Of a DNA stretch of 64,000 nucleotides, positions 50,861 to 63,360 are shown piece by piece. This DNA is from Nemertoderma westbladi (lineage: Eukaryota; Animalia; Xenacoelomorpha), in the NCBI GenBank assembly GCA_032718475.1, contig JAUCBJ010000701.1, forward strand, positions 1-64,000. Direction: 5' to 3'. A program made the translations under genes and the position numbers. The notes beneath the pieces are model-generated. The model was given only the letters and a program-made list of their open reading frames with translations, ran no database searches and had not been told where the DNA came from. The first letter of the stretch is position 1, and every line of letters begins with the position of its first letter.

Positions 50861-52531
50861 TAAGGTATAGATATCGATGGAAGATTACACTCCTCCTACT
50901 GTACCTTGTATTGCCAGCCTCTGACGTAAATAATATTTAAAATATAAACTCTAATAGATGAAATCCACACACATCGGCACATAGTTAACGTCCGTGGGCT
51001 GCTGATGGGCTCTGGAATATTTTAAAATCGTATTGAACTTAAAAATAAATGTAGGATCACACACTGTATTTATTACTATTGAATATATTTTGAGTAATAA
51101 AGAGTAAAACACAATGTTTGTGTAATTATTAATAGAATAAATATTAGTTTATTTTCATTTATTAGTTTTAATTAATAATTAGACAGGGGCTAAAACTGAG
51201 CGACTAAATAAATGTATGTTATCCACGGGAAATTTTCATTTCCTCTACACATTGACATTCTGCTTACTATACAAACACTGCTTGCTGTAAGAGGAGTACA
51301 CGTTGTGGGGTCTTCGAGCAGCACGTGTTCAAATGTTCAATGACTGAGCAGCGACTAATTAACAAATTTATGAGAGATTCATTGACCAGCTACAGACAGA
51401 CCAATATTGTGACATATATTTTAGTTTAATGTTTGATTCAATTAAAGGCACAAATTAAAAAGGCTACAAATATATAGGGGTGAATAATTAAATTAGTCAC
51501 CCATTAAAAGGTAGCCAAATATAAGTTGCAATCTATAAAAATTGTTAAATTCAGTAGTGTGCGTGTGTTGTGTATAGATTCCGTAGATTTCATGTTGAAA
51601 TAGCGTTCATTAATTTCATTTCTATTTAATTATTCAGGCATACTAATACCCACTTTAAATTAGTTCGTGTGTGTTAAGTGTGTAAGATTTGATTGTTTTG
51701 GAACGAACCCATTAGGGCACAGAAACTGACGGATTCTTCGCGAATTTTGTAAACGTCGCTAATTTCGCAAACGTCGCAAACTTCGGGAATTTTTTCTACA
51801 ATTTTGACTCCTTAAGCAAAAGGGTCCCGAATGAGTTTTTTAACCCTTATTTTTTTGTGATTTTGATTGCTTTTTTATATTAGTGAATGTTCTAGAACCT
51901 TAGTAGATTTTTTATGGTATAATGCTAGTATTTTTTACTAGCTAGAAATTTTTGGAAATTATTTTGGTCAATAATATATTCTTCAACAGTTTAACCTGAA
52001 ATATCATGGACTTTCACATTTTTTATAATTTCTAAAAATACTAGCTAGCAAAAAAACACTACCGGTAGCTATCATAAAAAACATATCTACTAATGTTCTA
52101 GAACTTACACCAATACCAAAAAAATTTAAAAACTCTAAAAAAGGATTGGTGAAAAATGGCTGGGGTGTCGACAGGGCGAAGTAGGGACCGTGTTGCTTAA
52201 CCCCTTAGAGCCTATGACGTCCAGTGCATGTCACCATGGACAGCACTAAGACGTGCAGTGGACGTCATGCTGGAATACATGTTTTATTGGAAGGCTCTTG
52301 GAGTAGGTATACTGGTGGATAGTATTAAAGACATTTAGTGCTCTTCATGGGAAATAATCCATTCTGTACTGTAGATAGGATGTATTGTAGACTGTATTAT
52401 CAATGTTAGGTATATGGCGTAATGTCAACCATAGTACAGTAGTACAGACTGACAGTAAGACCGACAGACAGACAGACTAGATTTATGTAAACGTGAAAAC
52501 TGACATCAGAAATGTAATCAGCAACCCTTAA

Positions 52532-53660
52532 GGGGGGGGTAGCGCATTTTCTGACCAAAAAGACGAATTTTTGAAACATATCCTATCTGATGCAGAATTT
52601 CATGCTGAATCCAAATATGGAAACCGTTTTCCCATATCTTGCTTAGTTTTCGAGATATCTTGGATAGAAGATACTGGCTCCGATGTATTGCGATATCGGT
52701 AAAGGCGATGAAGTTTGGGGTTTGCATTCAATTTCTGCAAATTTCTGTGCTCAGTGGTGCCAATTGGATGTCTCCACGAGAAAGAGCACAAAATTTTAAT
52801 TGAGAAGGTATTTTCTTATGATTATTGGACCTACTGATCAGTTTATAAGACAACTTCAAGTCTCCGGAATGAAGACTGGACTCGAATAAGCGACTCTGCG
52901 GTCTTTGCGCGATTACACGGAATAGACTTATCGGTCATCGGAGATCTTCAAAATGTATAATCTCCAGTTCTAGTGGTCGTACAAAGTTCGTTTTAGGCTC
53001 ATTCGAAAGCTCTTTTCTTGGAGAACAAAGTTACCATTTGATTTAAGACAAAATGGTTGTAAAGCAACATAACATGAATTTGGGTAAAATATGCCTTGCA
53101 AATTTTGTTCAAGTTATGATTGCTCAGGCAGCTTTCAAGAGTTTGCCAAACCAAATGGTAACTTTGGTCTCTGAGAAAAGAGCTTTCGAATGAGCCCAAA
53201 ACGATCTTCGTACGACCACTAGAACTGGAGATTATACATTTTGAAGATCCCCGATGACCGATAAGTCTATTCCGTGTAATCGCGCAAAGACTGCAGAGTC
53301 GCTTATTCGAGTCCCGTCTTCATTCCGGAGAGTTGAAGTTGTCTTATAAACTGATCAGTAGGTCCAATAATCATAAAAAAATATTTTCTCAATTAAAATG
53401 TTGTGCTCTTTCTCGTGGAGACATCCAATTAGCACCACTGAGCACAGAAATATTCAGAAATTGAATGCAAACCCCAAACTTCATCTCCTTTACCGATATC
53501 GCGATATATCGGAGCAAGTATCTTCTATCCCAGATATCTCGAAAACTAAGCAAGATATGGGAAAACGGTTTCCATATTTGGATTCAGCATTAAATTCTCC
53601 ATCAGATAGGATATGTTTCAAAAATTCGACTTTTTGGTCTGAAAATGCGCTACCCCCCCC
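52532..53660. mobile_element. TTAA-specific MITE with ~515-bp TIRs (Sola3/Kolobok-like)
   Basis: TTAA TSD at 52528-52531 and 53661-53664; arms are near-perfect reverse complements; empty site CCCCTTAAAACCCCC seen at ~62410 and ~62970. Confidence 0.88.
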
Positions 53661-53871
53661 TTAAAACCCCCATAGCGAGAATGTTAGCGACAAGTTTTAA
53701 TTATTAACTATATTTCGTAAGATATATTTTAAAACATTTATTTATTAATAATGCAATAACTGAATAACCAGATAACGGAAAGACAAACTGAATTGAAACT
53801 TTTAATTACTAATAATAATTGTGGTGAGAGGTGATTGGAAATCAAGGATATATGATATGTTATGGTAGGGA

Positions 53872-56202
53872 TGTAGTGCATGCCCAATAGTCAAGGAAGC
53901 TTAGAAATAATTTATTCACAAAATCAAATTTAGTATTTTCATAAAATTGTTAGTCGAGACATTTTACCTATCTTTCTACAAAGCAAAACACCTTATTTAT
54001 TTACTTAAGATACAGCATGTTGATTTCATGTGCAAAACAGATGTAGTCTCAATAATAGCCCTTATACAGTAGATGTCAATTAAACAGATATTTATCAGAG
54101 TGACATCGCACATGTCTGCTGCAAGAAACCACTAACACTAGCTTGCTTAAATACTGCATGTAACTTTCATTAAGAGAGAGAGAGAAAGAGAAATAGAATA
54201 GATTTAATTACCGGTAAAGTTATATTTGGAGACCGTAATAATAAGTTGAAAGTTAGACATTAAAAACCAGAACCAAAACTATATTATTTTCATCATAACA
54301 AAGACAACGTCCAAACCTTTACATTGGTGACCCACTCCATTGAATACATTGCAGGAGAAAGTAACATAGTCGCTGATACTTTATCACGTCAAATCGCTTC
54401 AATTAGTATTGATTCTTTTGGATTGGAAGATATTGCCTCTCAACAGTCAGCCAATTTAATCCTTCCTGAAGATCATTCGCTAAATATTAAAACATTTCCA
54501 TTAGCAAATGGTAAAGTTATTAAGTGCGACGTAACTACTGCATACCCTAGACCCATCCTACCAGATTCATGTAGACGAACAGTATTCAATGAACTACACA
54601 ACATGTCACATCCAGGAATTAAATCGACCATACGCATAATAACTGATCGTTATATTTGGCCAAATGCTAAACGAGACATAGTGGAATGGTGTAAATTGTG
54701 CACATCTTGTCAAGCAAGTAAAGTAATACAACACACAAAAACACCCCTAACACCATTTCCTTTGGCACCACGTTTCACACATATCCATTCAGATATAATT
54801 GGTCCACTAGTCATGGGTGAGCACCAATATCGACACGTAGTAACGTTCATAGATCGACACACTGGGTGGGTAGAAGCAGAGCCAGTTACGTCAATCACAG
54901 CTGTTGCCACAGCGACTGCATTTATAAAAGTCTGGTTTTCTCGATTTGGAGTGCCCCTTTACCTCACAACAGATCGCGGTGGTCAATTTGAATTACTAGC
55001 TGAACTCTCTAAGCTGATTGGTTTCCACCGTATGCGTACCACATCTTACCACCCCCAGAGTAACGGAAAAATAGAACGATTCCATAAAGTTTTAAAGGCT
55101 GCACTCAAAGCACGGAAATCATATTGGTTAGAGTCCTTACCAATAGTTATTTTCAGTCACAGAATAACGCCATCTAGCGTTACTAATGTATCTCCATTTG
55201 AATTGGTAACGGGAACACAGCCGTTGTTGCCAGCTTGTTTACTAACTACTAAAGATACAACTTTTAATTATGACTTTGTAAAGACACTTCACAAGCATAT
55301 AACGGAAATAGGATTTACTGTAGACAGTAAAGCTCCTGATTACCAAGAGAGCAACCCAAAGTTGAAAACATACTTACCACCACAATTAAAGACTTGTGAC
55401 AAAGTTTTCGTTAGAATCGATCGGGTCCGCAAACCATTAGAAGCGCCTTACCAAGGACCATTTACAGTTCTCAGCAGAACGGATAAACATTTCTGTATCG
55501 AAACTCTTAGAGGAGAACAACGAATATCAATCGACCGCTTAAAACCTTGTTATACCGGTAACGTTAATAAGAAACCCCCTCCAACCAAGAAACTAAAACC
55601 TCATAAGATATTACATAGTAAAACTCACAAAGAAAATAAATCACAATCTCAACCGCGAAACATCATTACTACTAGAAGCGGAAAGCGAGTACATTTCTTT
55701 GACTCTTAGTTTTAGTTATTCTTATTCCATAACTTAATGGAGGGAGATGTGTAGTGCATGCCCAATAGTCAAGGAAGCTTAGAAATAATTTATTCACAAA
55801 ATCAAATTTAGTATTTTCATAAAATTGTTAGTGGAGACATTTTACCTATCTTTCTACAAAGCAAAACACCTTATTTATTTACTTAAGATACAGCATGTTG
55901 ATTTCATGTGCAAAACAGATGACGTAGTCTCAATAATAGCCCTTATACAGTAGATGTCAATTAAACAGATATTTATCAGAGTGACATCTCACATGTCTGC
56001 TGCAAGAAACCACTAACACTAGCTTGCTTAAATACTGCATGTAACTTTCATTAAGAGAGAGAGAGAGAGAAATAGAATAGATTTAATTACCGGTAAAGTT
56101 ATATTTGGAGACCGTAATAATAAGTTGAAAGTTAGACATTAAAAACCAGAACCAAAACTATATTATTTTCATCATAACAAAGACAACGTCCAAACCTTTA
56201 CA
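53872..56202 (+). mobile_element. Internally deleted Ty3/Gypsy LTR retrotransposon retaining only integrase
   Basis: Near-identical ~452-bp LTRs at 53872-54323 and 55750-56202; PBS TGGTGACCC; PPT GGAGGGAGA; near 4-bp TSD GGGA/GGCA. Confidence 0.95.
54324..55709 (+). CDS. Gypsy integrase (HHCC zinc finger, DDE core, GPF motif)
   Basis: HNMSHPG...C..C, HSDIIGP, TTDRGGQF, YHPQSNGKIERFH, YQGPF. Confidence 0.9.
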   Translation: MVTHSIEYIAGESNIVADTLSRQIASISIDSFGLEDIASQQSANLILPEDHSLNIKTFPLANGKVIKCDVTTAYPRPILPDSCRRTVFNELHNMSHPGIKSTIRIITDRYIWPNAKRDIVEWCKLCTSCQASKVIQHTKTPLTPFPLAPRFTHIHSDIIGPLVMGEHQYRHVVTFIDRHTGWVEAEPVTSITAVATATAFIKVWFSRFGVPLYLTTDRGGQFELLAELSKLIGFHRMRTTSYHPQSNGKIERFHKVLKAALKARKSYWLESLPIVIFSHRITPSSVTNVSPFELVTGTQPLLPACLLTTKDTTFNYDFVKTLHKHITEIGFTVDSKAPDYQESNPKLKTYLPPQLKTCDKVFVRIDRVRKPLEAPYQGPFTVLSRTDKHFCIETLRGEQRISIDRLKPCYTGNVNKKPPPTKKLKPHKILHSKTHKENKSQSQPRNIITTRSGKRVHFFDS

Positions 56203-57331
56203 GGCACACAGGCAAATGAATTGATGTCTGTTGAGATGTATTGAAGGAGCACTATTCCTTCTACTAGACTACTACACGTTCGTGGGGCCTTCGCGCAGCA
56301 CGAGGCCCAGTTATTAGATACAAATTAAAATTGAGCGACTGTATCACAAAATCAGGTTTTGAGAAATTTACCCACACCACCAATCAATCAAAGAAAGGGG
56401 GACAGTACGTGTTCACCCCTTTTAATCCCCCCCCCCCCCAACCTTCCCAACCACCAATACATAACCGGGACATCTACCACCCACGGAAGGGTAGCACGAA
56501 CTTATTTCCAATCGCACGTTAAATATGCAAAGCCAGGTGGTTTATAGGAATATAATAAACGCAGTACTCGTTTTCATTATAAGCCTCTTTGCGTTCGTCC
56601 TGTTTTGTATTTAAATATATTTCTTAAACGCAGGCTGACGATATTTATAATAATAATAATTAGGGATGCGATCAATATGTGAAGCCAGGTGGTTTATATA
56701 ATAATTTAGTCAACGAGGTACTCGTCTTCATTATATGCCTCGTTGCGCTCGTCGCTTGTCCTGTTTTGTCATAAAATATTTTTCCTAAACGCAGACTGAC
56801 GATCTTTATACAGTTATAACTATGCGAAGTTTCGAAACTGTGCGATACATCTATGTGGAGATGTGTGATATGTGGAGATGTGTGATACAACGCCAACGCA
56901 TCTTATGCCGATGTAGTAATATGGGTATTGAAATAATATTAAATCAATGTACACTCTTAAAGCTGCAGCGAAAAAATGTAGCTAATTTCCTAGGTTACAT
57001 ATAAAATAATAATATTATTTTTTTAACAGCAATCAGACAACAGCTCAGCCTACAAATCGTCTGTACAATCTGATCAGGTTTACACGCCTTCTGTTCAATA
57101 CTGGCCTACAAACAAATAAAACTTGACAGAAATAAGTAAAAATCTCAATAAAAAACCAGGGCTGCAGTCCCTGATTAATTATTAAGGCCTACCGGTATAT
57201 AACTATCAAAATCGAATAATACTAATGTACTTATATGGGAAGTACCGGTTAGGACAGTTAGGCCTACGGACCTACAGAAGTACCGGTTCTGGCAGTTGGA
57301 CCTACGGACCTAAGGCAGTACCGGTTCTGGC

Positions 57332-58542
57332 TGTTCGCGCTTTCGAAGACCTTTAGCAGTTTAACCTGCCAAAATTTATATGTCTTTTCGTTAATTAAAA
57401 CCACTTTAGCATACGACAATAATTTATGCTAATACGCAAAACATTAGCCGAAGTCAGCCCATGCGCGATCATTCACCCGATGGATCTACACCCGGGAGAC
57501 TGAATTCGGATGCTTGAATTGTATTATTACAGTGTAAGGTTGCAGTGTATACCTAATGTATTATTCGATAGATCGTTAATAATTAATCTCTGACAGATAT
57601 TATTGGCTTTCGGGAAATATTAACAGTTCCTTTAGGACGTGGCGCTTTATCTATTTAAACAGAACTAAGACTTATACTAAACGCAATGATACTGCCTATG
57701 ATTAAAGTATAAAACGTATTCTTTAGGAAATACTTTGTTACCAATCACAATCATACACACTATTCTGCCGACAGTCAGTACATTTGATCACACATAAAGA
57801 GAGCAGTAATTGACTCACGTAGGGTCTGCTAAATAACATTGGATTCAATACACACCACATTAATATAAATCGCAATTGTTATGTATAGCCGGTCTCTCTA
57901 ACCTGTAGTGTTATCAAGAAAATTGGGAATTGGGTGATTTATCCGTATTATCCAAATAGCAATATTTCCATCAACAAATATTTACAATTAATAACTGACG
58001 GTAAAATAACAGTACAAACAATATGATTAATGAGTTAGTTAGGTAACAGTTTATACTTTCGATAATTCAAGCAGTTTACGGTACAGCAGTATCTATCCAA
58101 AAATGCCGGTGTTTCTGGCTTAGACAGCAATAACAACAAAGTATCAAGAAAAAACAGTAAGACTGAACACTCTCCTTATGATCGGCAGAAAAGCTACACG
58201 TCGACAGGAAAAACCGCCCTGATTGGCCCAAGCCAAACAAAGAACCACGCGTCCAATGGCTGTTTCCATGTCAGCAACCAGCTGCTAGATGTCGTAATAT
58301 GAATCATCACGGCTAAGCTGTGAAAGGTGGTTGGTGCATTACAAGTTTTTTGTCTTACCATGTCCACTAAAACACGTATATAGCAGAATTACTTTTATGT
58401 CCGTTAAAACCCCTGTAAAGGTACCTTGCGGGCGAGGGGAACATATATACAGTTAGAAAACCTTTTTTAGAGTATTCCAGCGCCTGGGGGGGAACTGGCC
58501 AGCAAAGGCAAACGTATCAGTTATCCCACAAAAGCTTTTACA
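57332..58542 (-). mobile_element. Solo LTR of the family at 4946-6235
   Basis: Reverse-complement homology over its whole length; perfect 5-bp TSD CTGGC (57327-57331, 58543-58547) inside a ~38-bp minisatellite. Confidence 0.92.
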
Positions 58543-58648
58543 CTGGCAGTTGGGCCTACTGACCTACAGATGTACCGGTTCAGGTTTACCGGTTGACCGG
58601 TACTTTCAACTTTATTGCTTACTGCAATAAAGAAGCTATATCCTTTAA

Positions 58649-59910
58649 TGTTCGCGCTTTCAGACCTTTGGCAGTTTAACCCGCCAAATTAAGATGTCTT
58701 CTAGATATTAAATCGCTTTTTAGCCTATGACAAGTATTTGATTCACTACACTAGTCGAAACCAATCTGTGCGCGATCATTCACCCGCTGGATATTCCCGG
58801 GAGATTGGGTTCGACGGTTTAATTTTATTGCTATGTAAGCCTAATGTATTATTCGACTGACAGTATTATATAATCTCTGACAATATTATTCACCTTCGGG
58901 AATATTAACAGTTCCTTTAGGACGTGGCGCTTTATCTATATAAACAGAGTTATGACTTAAACTACTCACAACGATATGGCTTAATTATAATTCACATATA
59001 TGGCGCATTCTTTAGGAAATGCTTCTTTAACAGACTCACTCGTACACAATGCTGCACAATACTGCACACTAATCTGCCAATCTTCACTGATTTTAGTCAC
59101 ATATAAAAGGAACACAGACTGACTCATGTAGGGTCTATCAAATAACATTAGATTCACTTCAAACCACTTTAACATAAGTCACAATCGTCATTGGTAACCT
59201 TTCTCTCTTACCTTCGGTATATCAAGAATATTGGGTGTCGGGGTTATTTCTCGTTATTCCAATATAATAATTCATCAACAAATATAATGAATAACCGACA
59301 ACAAATAACAATATACAGTATCGATTGAGCAGGTAATTTTAGCAGTTTCAGCAGTTATTAAAAGCCGTGTGTCAGCAGTGATTACGAAATTGCAGTGATT
59401 CCATGAGTTAAAGGATATATGTCCTTATAATTAAACCTACTAGTGTTGAGCTAAAAAGCAGAATGCACAAAACACTACAAAGCCGTTCTTTCGTGGCTTT
59501 GAAAAACTCGTGACTACTGCTCTATACAAGGATACCAACTACCCTTATTCCACGAAGCTCCCGTTCAACACAGAGAAAGAGCAGTGAGATAGGAAAATTT
59601 CAGTTCAGTAGCTCTGTGATAGGTCAAAATCAAAGCTAACTCAAATTCTATTGGGAGATACAGAAAGTTGCAACGTGGCAATATCAGCCGTTAGCCGTCG
59701 TCATGGTAGCGACACTGTTTTCAAGAGTATCGAGCCTTTTACGTCACGAAATTACAGATTATGTCCTCTAAAGTACAAATACAGAAGAAATGGCTTTTAT
59801 GTCCTCCAAAACACCAGTACAGCAAGGACACGGCCTTTTTATGCCTGGTAAACCAACCACAGAGTACTTTACGGGGATAATAACCGGCTAATTACGCAAA
59901 AGCTTTTACA
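58649..59910 (-). mobile_element. Second LTR of the same lineage with a divergent 5' (U3) half
   Basis: Same termini (TGTAAAAGCTTT...GCGCGAACA on minus strand) and shared 3' half; no TSD. Confidence 0.75.
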
Positions 59911-60228
59911 AGGCCACAGGTTCTTGAGATATGGAGAATTAATTTCAAAGACAGCTGCCATTTTATTAGCCCCTGATTTTTTATTATTGATAGTAACAAT
60001 GTGTTGGCAAGCTGTATTTTTCGAGGTGTTTGTTATTATACATTTATTATAGGAAGGGATCTAGGGGTCGTAACCTCGAATGATAAGTTTATTTTACCGA
60101 AAATAACTTATCTTTTATTGGCGCAATTGTGGGACTAATCCCATCACATGCGTACTTTTTAACCGGGTAGTGTACAAATTTAGAAATCGCGTTATTTTTC
60201 TTGAAATTAATATCTCATATCTCTCCAA

Positions 60229-60271
60229 ACCACGTACGCGTTTCGACCTTACTGGGTCTCATCAGCGTGGT
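60229..60271 (-). ncRNA. Minimal type I hammerhead ribozyme, copy 1
   Basis: Minus strand ACCACG-CUGAUGA-GACC(CAGUAA)GGUC-GAAA-CGCG-UA-CGUGGU: complete core, stems I and II, palindromic mini stem III, GUA cleavage triplet. Confidence 0.9.
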
Positions 60272-60335
60272 GTCGGAATCGAACCTGGGACCTCGAGGCG
60301 GAAGCTGAGACTACAACCACTAGGCCACAGGTTCT
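60272..60335 (-). promoter_or_regulatory. tRNA-derived Pol III internal promoter immediately 5' of the hammerhead (repeated at 60683-60746)
   Basis: A box TGGCCTAGTGG (60327-60317) and B box GGTTCGATTCC (60285-60275) with tRNA-like spacing. Confidence 0.8.
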
Positions 60336-60639
60336 TGAGATATGGAGAATTAATTTCAAAGACAGCTGCCATTTTATTAGCCCCTGATTTTTGATTATTG
60401 ATAGTAACAATGTGTTGGCAAGCTGTATTTTTCGAGGTGTTTGTTATTATACATTTATTATAGGAAGGGATCTAGGGGTCTTAACCTCGAATGATAAGTT
60501 TATTTTACCGAAAATAACTTATCTTTTATTGGCGCAATTGTGGGACTAATCCCATCACATGCGTACTTTTTAACCGGGTAGTGTACAAATTTAGGAATCG
60601 CGTAATTTTTCTTGAAATTAATATCTCATATCTCTCCAA

Positions 60640-60682
60640 ACCACGTACGCGTTTCGACCTTACTGGGTCTCATCAGCGTGGT
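60640..60682 (-). ncRNA. Minimal type I hammerhead ribozyme, copy 2
   Basis: Identical to copy 1, offset by 411 bp. Confidence 0.9.
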
Positions 60683-60919
60683 GTCGGATTCGAACCTGGG
60701 ACCTCGAGGCGGAAGCTGAGACTACAACCACTAGGCCACAGGTTCTTGAGATATGGAGAATTAATTTCAAAGACAGCTGCCATTTTATTAGCCCCTGATT
60801 TTTGATTATTGATAGTAACAATGTGTTGGCAAGCTGTATTTTTCGAGGTGTTTGTTATTATACATTTATTATATATATTATTATTATATATTTATTATTT
60901 ATTATATCTTCCTATAATA

Positions 60920-61810
60920 TTATTAGTGGCAATGCCTAAATACGTAATAAGGCGGGAATAGCCATCAATACCACCATGAACCACAAGGTTCCATCTTACC
61001 AATCTATGGTGGCCATCAATATGCCACAGACTGTTTGCGGCCTTTACGGAATATTGCCGCCTTGTGACTATGGCACCCCACCTTATAGCAGTACCTACTG
61101 GATCTATATAATGCAGAATTCTGTGAACACGTGGCAAGCTAACAACAACCGACCTCGAACGCAAAATCGAGTTTATCATTCGGCAACCCGCATGAGGATA
61201 TTCTCTCCTAATTTCTTTCACCAAATTACATAAATCTTCCTCTGTTATTTCAGTCATTTCTCTTCGAATACCAAGTTCCCGAACTCTCGCCATTATACAA
61301 GAACGACTAACTCCCAACATTGTTGCAATTTGAGACCAAGTAAAGCCGCAGTCTTTCAAATATGTTAAAGTCTCTTCCCGTATATCGAATTCCGGCCTAC
61401 CGACTGGGTTGATGGAATCACTTAGATTACTGGTAGTTTGCAGTCTTAATACACCTTCAACTATTGTAGTGCAACTAATTGACTCCCGGCGCCGACATTA
61501 TCTGTAGGTGCAGAAACTAATGCGTTTCGAAGAAATAATATCTATTAAAATAATCTATCCCCGCTGTATTATCGTCCACATTTATGTCATTTACGAGATT
61601 TAAACAAGATATTGAATTTTCAAGCCTTTGAAGCAATTTGAATGTATCTCGTACGAAAGATGGATGCTTTCAGGCGATATGTACTCATCTGATTGATTCT
61701 GCAACATGATACCACAACTGGGGCAAAAGTTATCGGAAGTTATGTTAACTTCGTGCCGACAGTGCCGGCATAATCCATAGAATCAGACCACTCAGAATCC
61801 ACAGAATCCA
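60920..61810 (-). pseudogene. IS3EU-type (IS3-like eukaryotic) DDE transposase, 3'-truncated
   Basis: [41 protein letters not shown]...[12 protein letters not shown]; upstream zinc ribbon CRHC...FCPSCG. Confidence 0.85.
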
Positions 61811-61957
61811 TAGTTATTTCTGTGTGAACCAGGCGCAAAGTTTTCAGGAACTCTAGCCTAGCATACAGCATATGCCTATAGGTGTACAGTTGTACCATAG
61901 TCAAAGTGCAGAAATGCAGTACTATCTATCTATGCACCAATCAGGTAATTCAAATAA

Positions 61958-62090
61958 TTCAACAATTAATATTTGCGCGAAACAAATAATTTAAGCGCTT
62001 AACAATTAATTTTTTTGCGCGAAACAAATAATTTTTGCGCGTAACAATTAATTTTTGCGCGTAACAATTAATTTTTGCGCGAAACAATTC
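61958..62090. repeat. ~21-bp tandem repeat, probable subterminal repeats of the IS3EU element
   Basis: AATTAATTTTTGCGCGTAAC-type units. Confidence 0.6.
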
Positions 62091-62224
62091 GGTCCTATGA
62101 TACATGAAAAAAAATCCCCACCAAACAGTGAATAGAAAAACCAAATGTATGCCATAGAGCATACCTCTAGGGAGATAGAAGAGGGGGTTGGCGTCAGCTA
62201 CCTCTGCTATTCTTTGATCAATTT

Positions 62225-63360
62225 TTTTAAACGTGAAAACTGACATCTAAAATAAAATCAGCACCCATTAAAACCCCCATAACGAGAATGTTAGTTAGTT
62301 TGTATTCTTTTTTAAGTTTTGACAGACTGACTGACTGACAGAAAGGCCGACAAACAGACAGACTAGATTTATGTAAACCTGAAAACTGACACCAGAAATG
62401 AAATCAGCACCCCTTAAAACCCCCATAGCGAGAATGTTAGTTAATTTGAATTATCTTTTAAGTTTTGACAGACTGACTGACAGAATGACCGACAGACAGA
62501 CAGACTAGATTTATGTAAACGTGAAAACTGACATCAGAAATGTAATCAGCACTCCTTAAAACCCCCATAGCGAGAATGTTAGCGACAAGTTTTAAATATT
62601 AACCATATTTCGTAAGATATATTTTAAAACATTTATTTATTAATAATGCAATAACTGAATAACCAGATAACGGAAAGACAAATCGAATTGAAACTTTTAA
62701 TTACTAATAATAATTGTGGTGAGAGGTGATGGAAATCAAGAATATATGTTATGTTATGGAGCACGCGTTGGTAGGCACAGGCAAATGAATTGATGTCTGT
62801 TGAGATGTATTGAAGGAGCACTATTCCTTCTACTGGACTAACGAGAATGTTAGTTAGTTTGTATTCTATTTTTAAGTTTTGACAGACTGACTGACTGACA
62901 GAAAGGCCGACAAACAGACAGACTAGATTTATGTAAACCTGAAAACTGACACCAGAAATGAAATCAGCACCCCTTAAAACCCCCATAGCGAGAATGTTAG
63001 TTAATTTGAATTATCTTTTAAGTTTTGACAGACTGACTGACAGAATGACCGACAGACAGACAGTCTAGATTTATGTAAACGTGAAAACTGACATCAGAAA
63101 TGTAATCAGCACTCCTTAAAACCCCCATAGCGAGAATGTTAGCGACAAGTTTTAAATATTAACCATATTTCGTAAGATATATTTTAAAACATTTATTTAT
63201 TAATAATGCAATAACTGAATAACCAGATAACGGAAAGACAAATCGAATTGAAACTTTTAATTACTAATAATAATTGTGGTGAGAGGTGATGGAAATCAAG
63301 AATATATGTTATGTTATGGAGCACGCGTTGGTGGGCACAGGCAAATGAATTGATGTCTGT
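62225..63360 (+). repeat. ~560-bp tandem repeat; same family as the sequence flanking the MITE and Gypsy insertions at 52450-56270
   Basis: Two near-identical units with (GACT/GACA)n microsatellite; provides the empty sites for the TTAA MITE and the Gypsy element. Confidence 0.85.

Larger units (their letters stand above)
59911..60875 (-). repeat. 411-bp tandem repeat (~2.3 units) with tRNA-like head and hammerhead ribozyme
   Basis: Units nearly identical with period 411. Confidence 0.92.

Noticed and set aside
52518-53664. Paired ORFs on opposite strands (MCSFSWRHP...)
   Set aside because: A consequence of the long inverted repeat; no transposase motifs
60272-60335. Functional tRNA gene
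   Set aside because: A and B boxes are present but there is no convincing acceptor or anticodon stem; it is a SINE-like head
60170-60805. Duplicated 74-aa ORFs
   Set aside because: Antisense to the tRNA-hammerhead unit, with a non-ATG start and no coding signal
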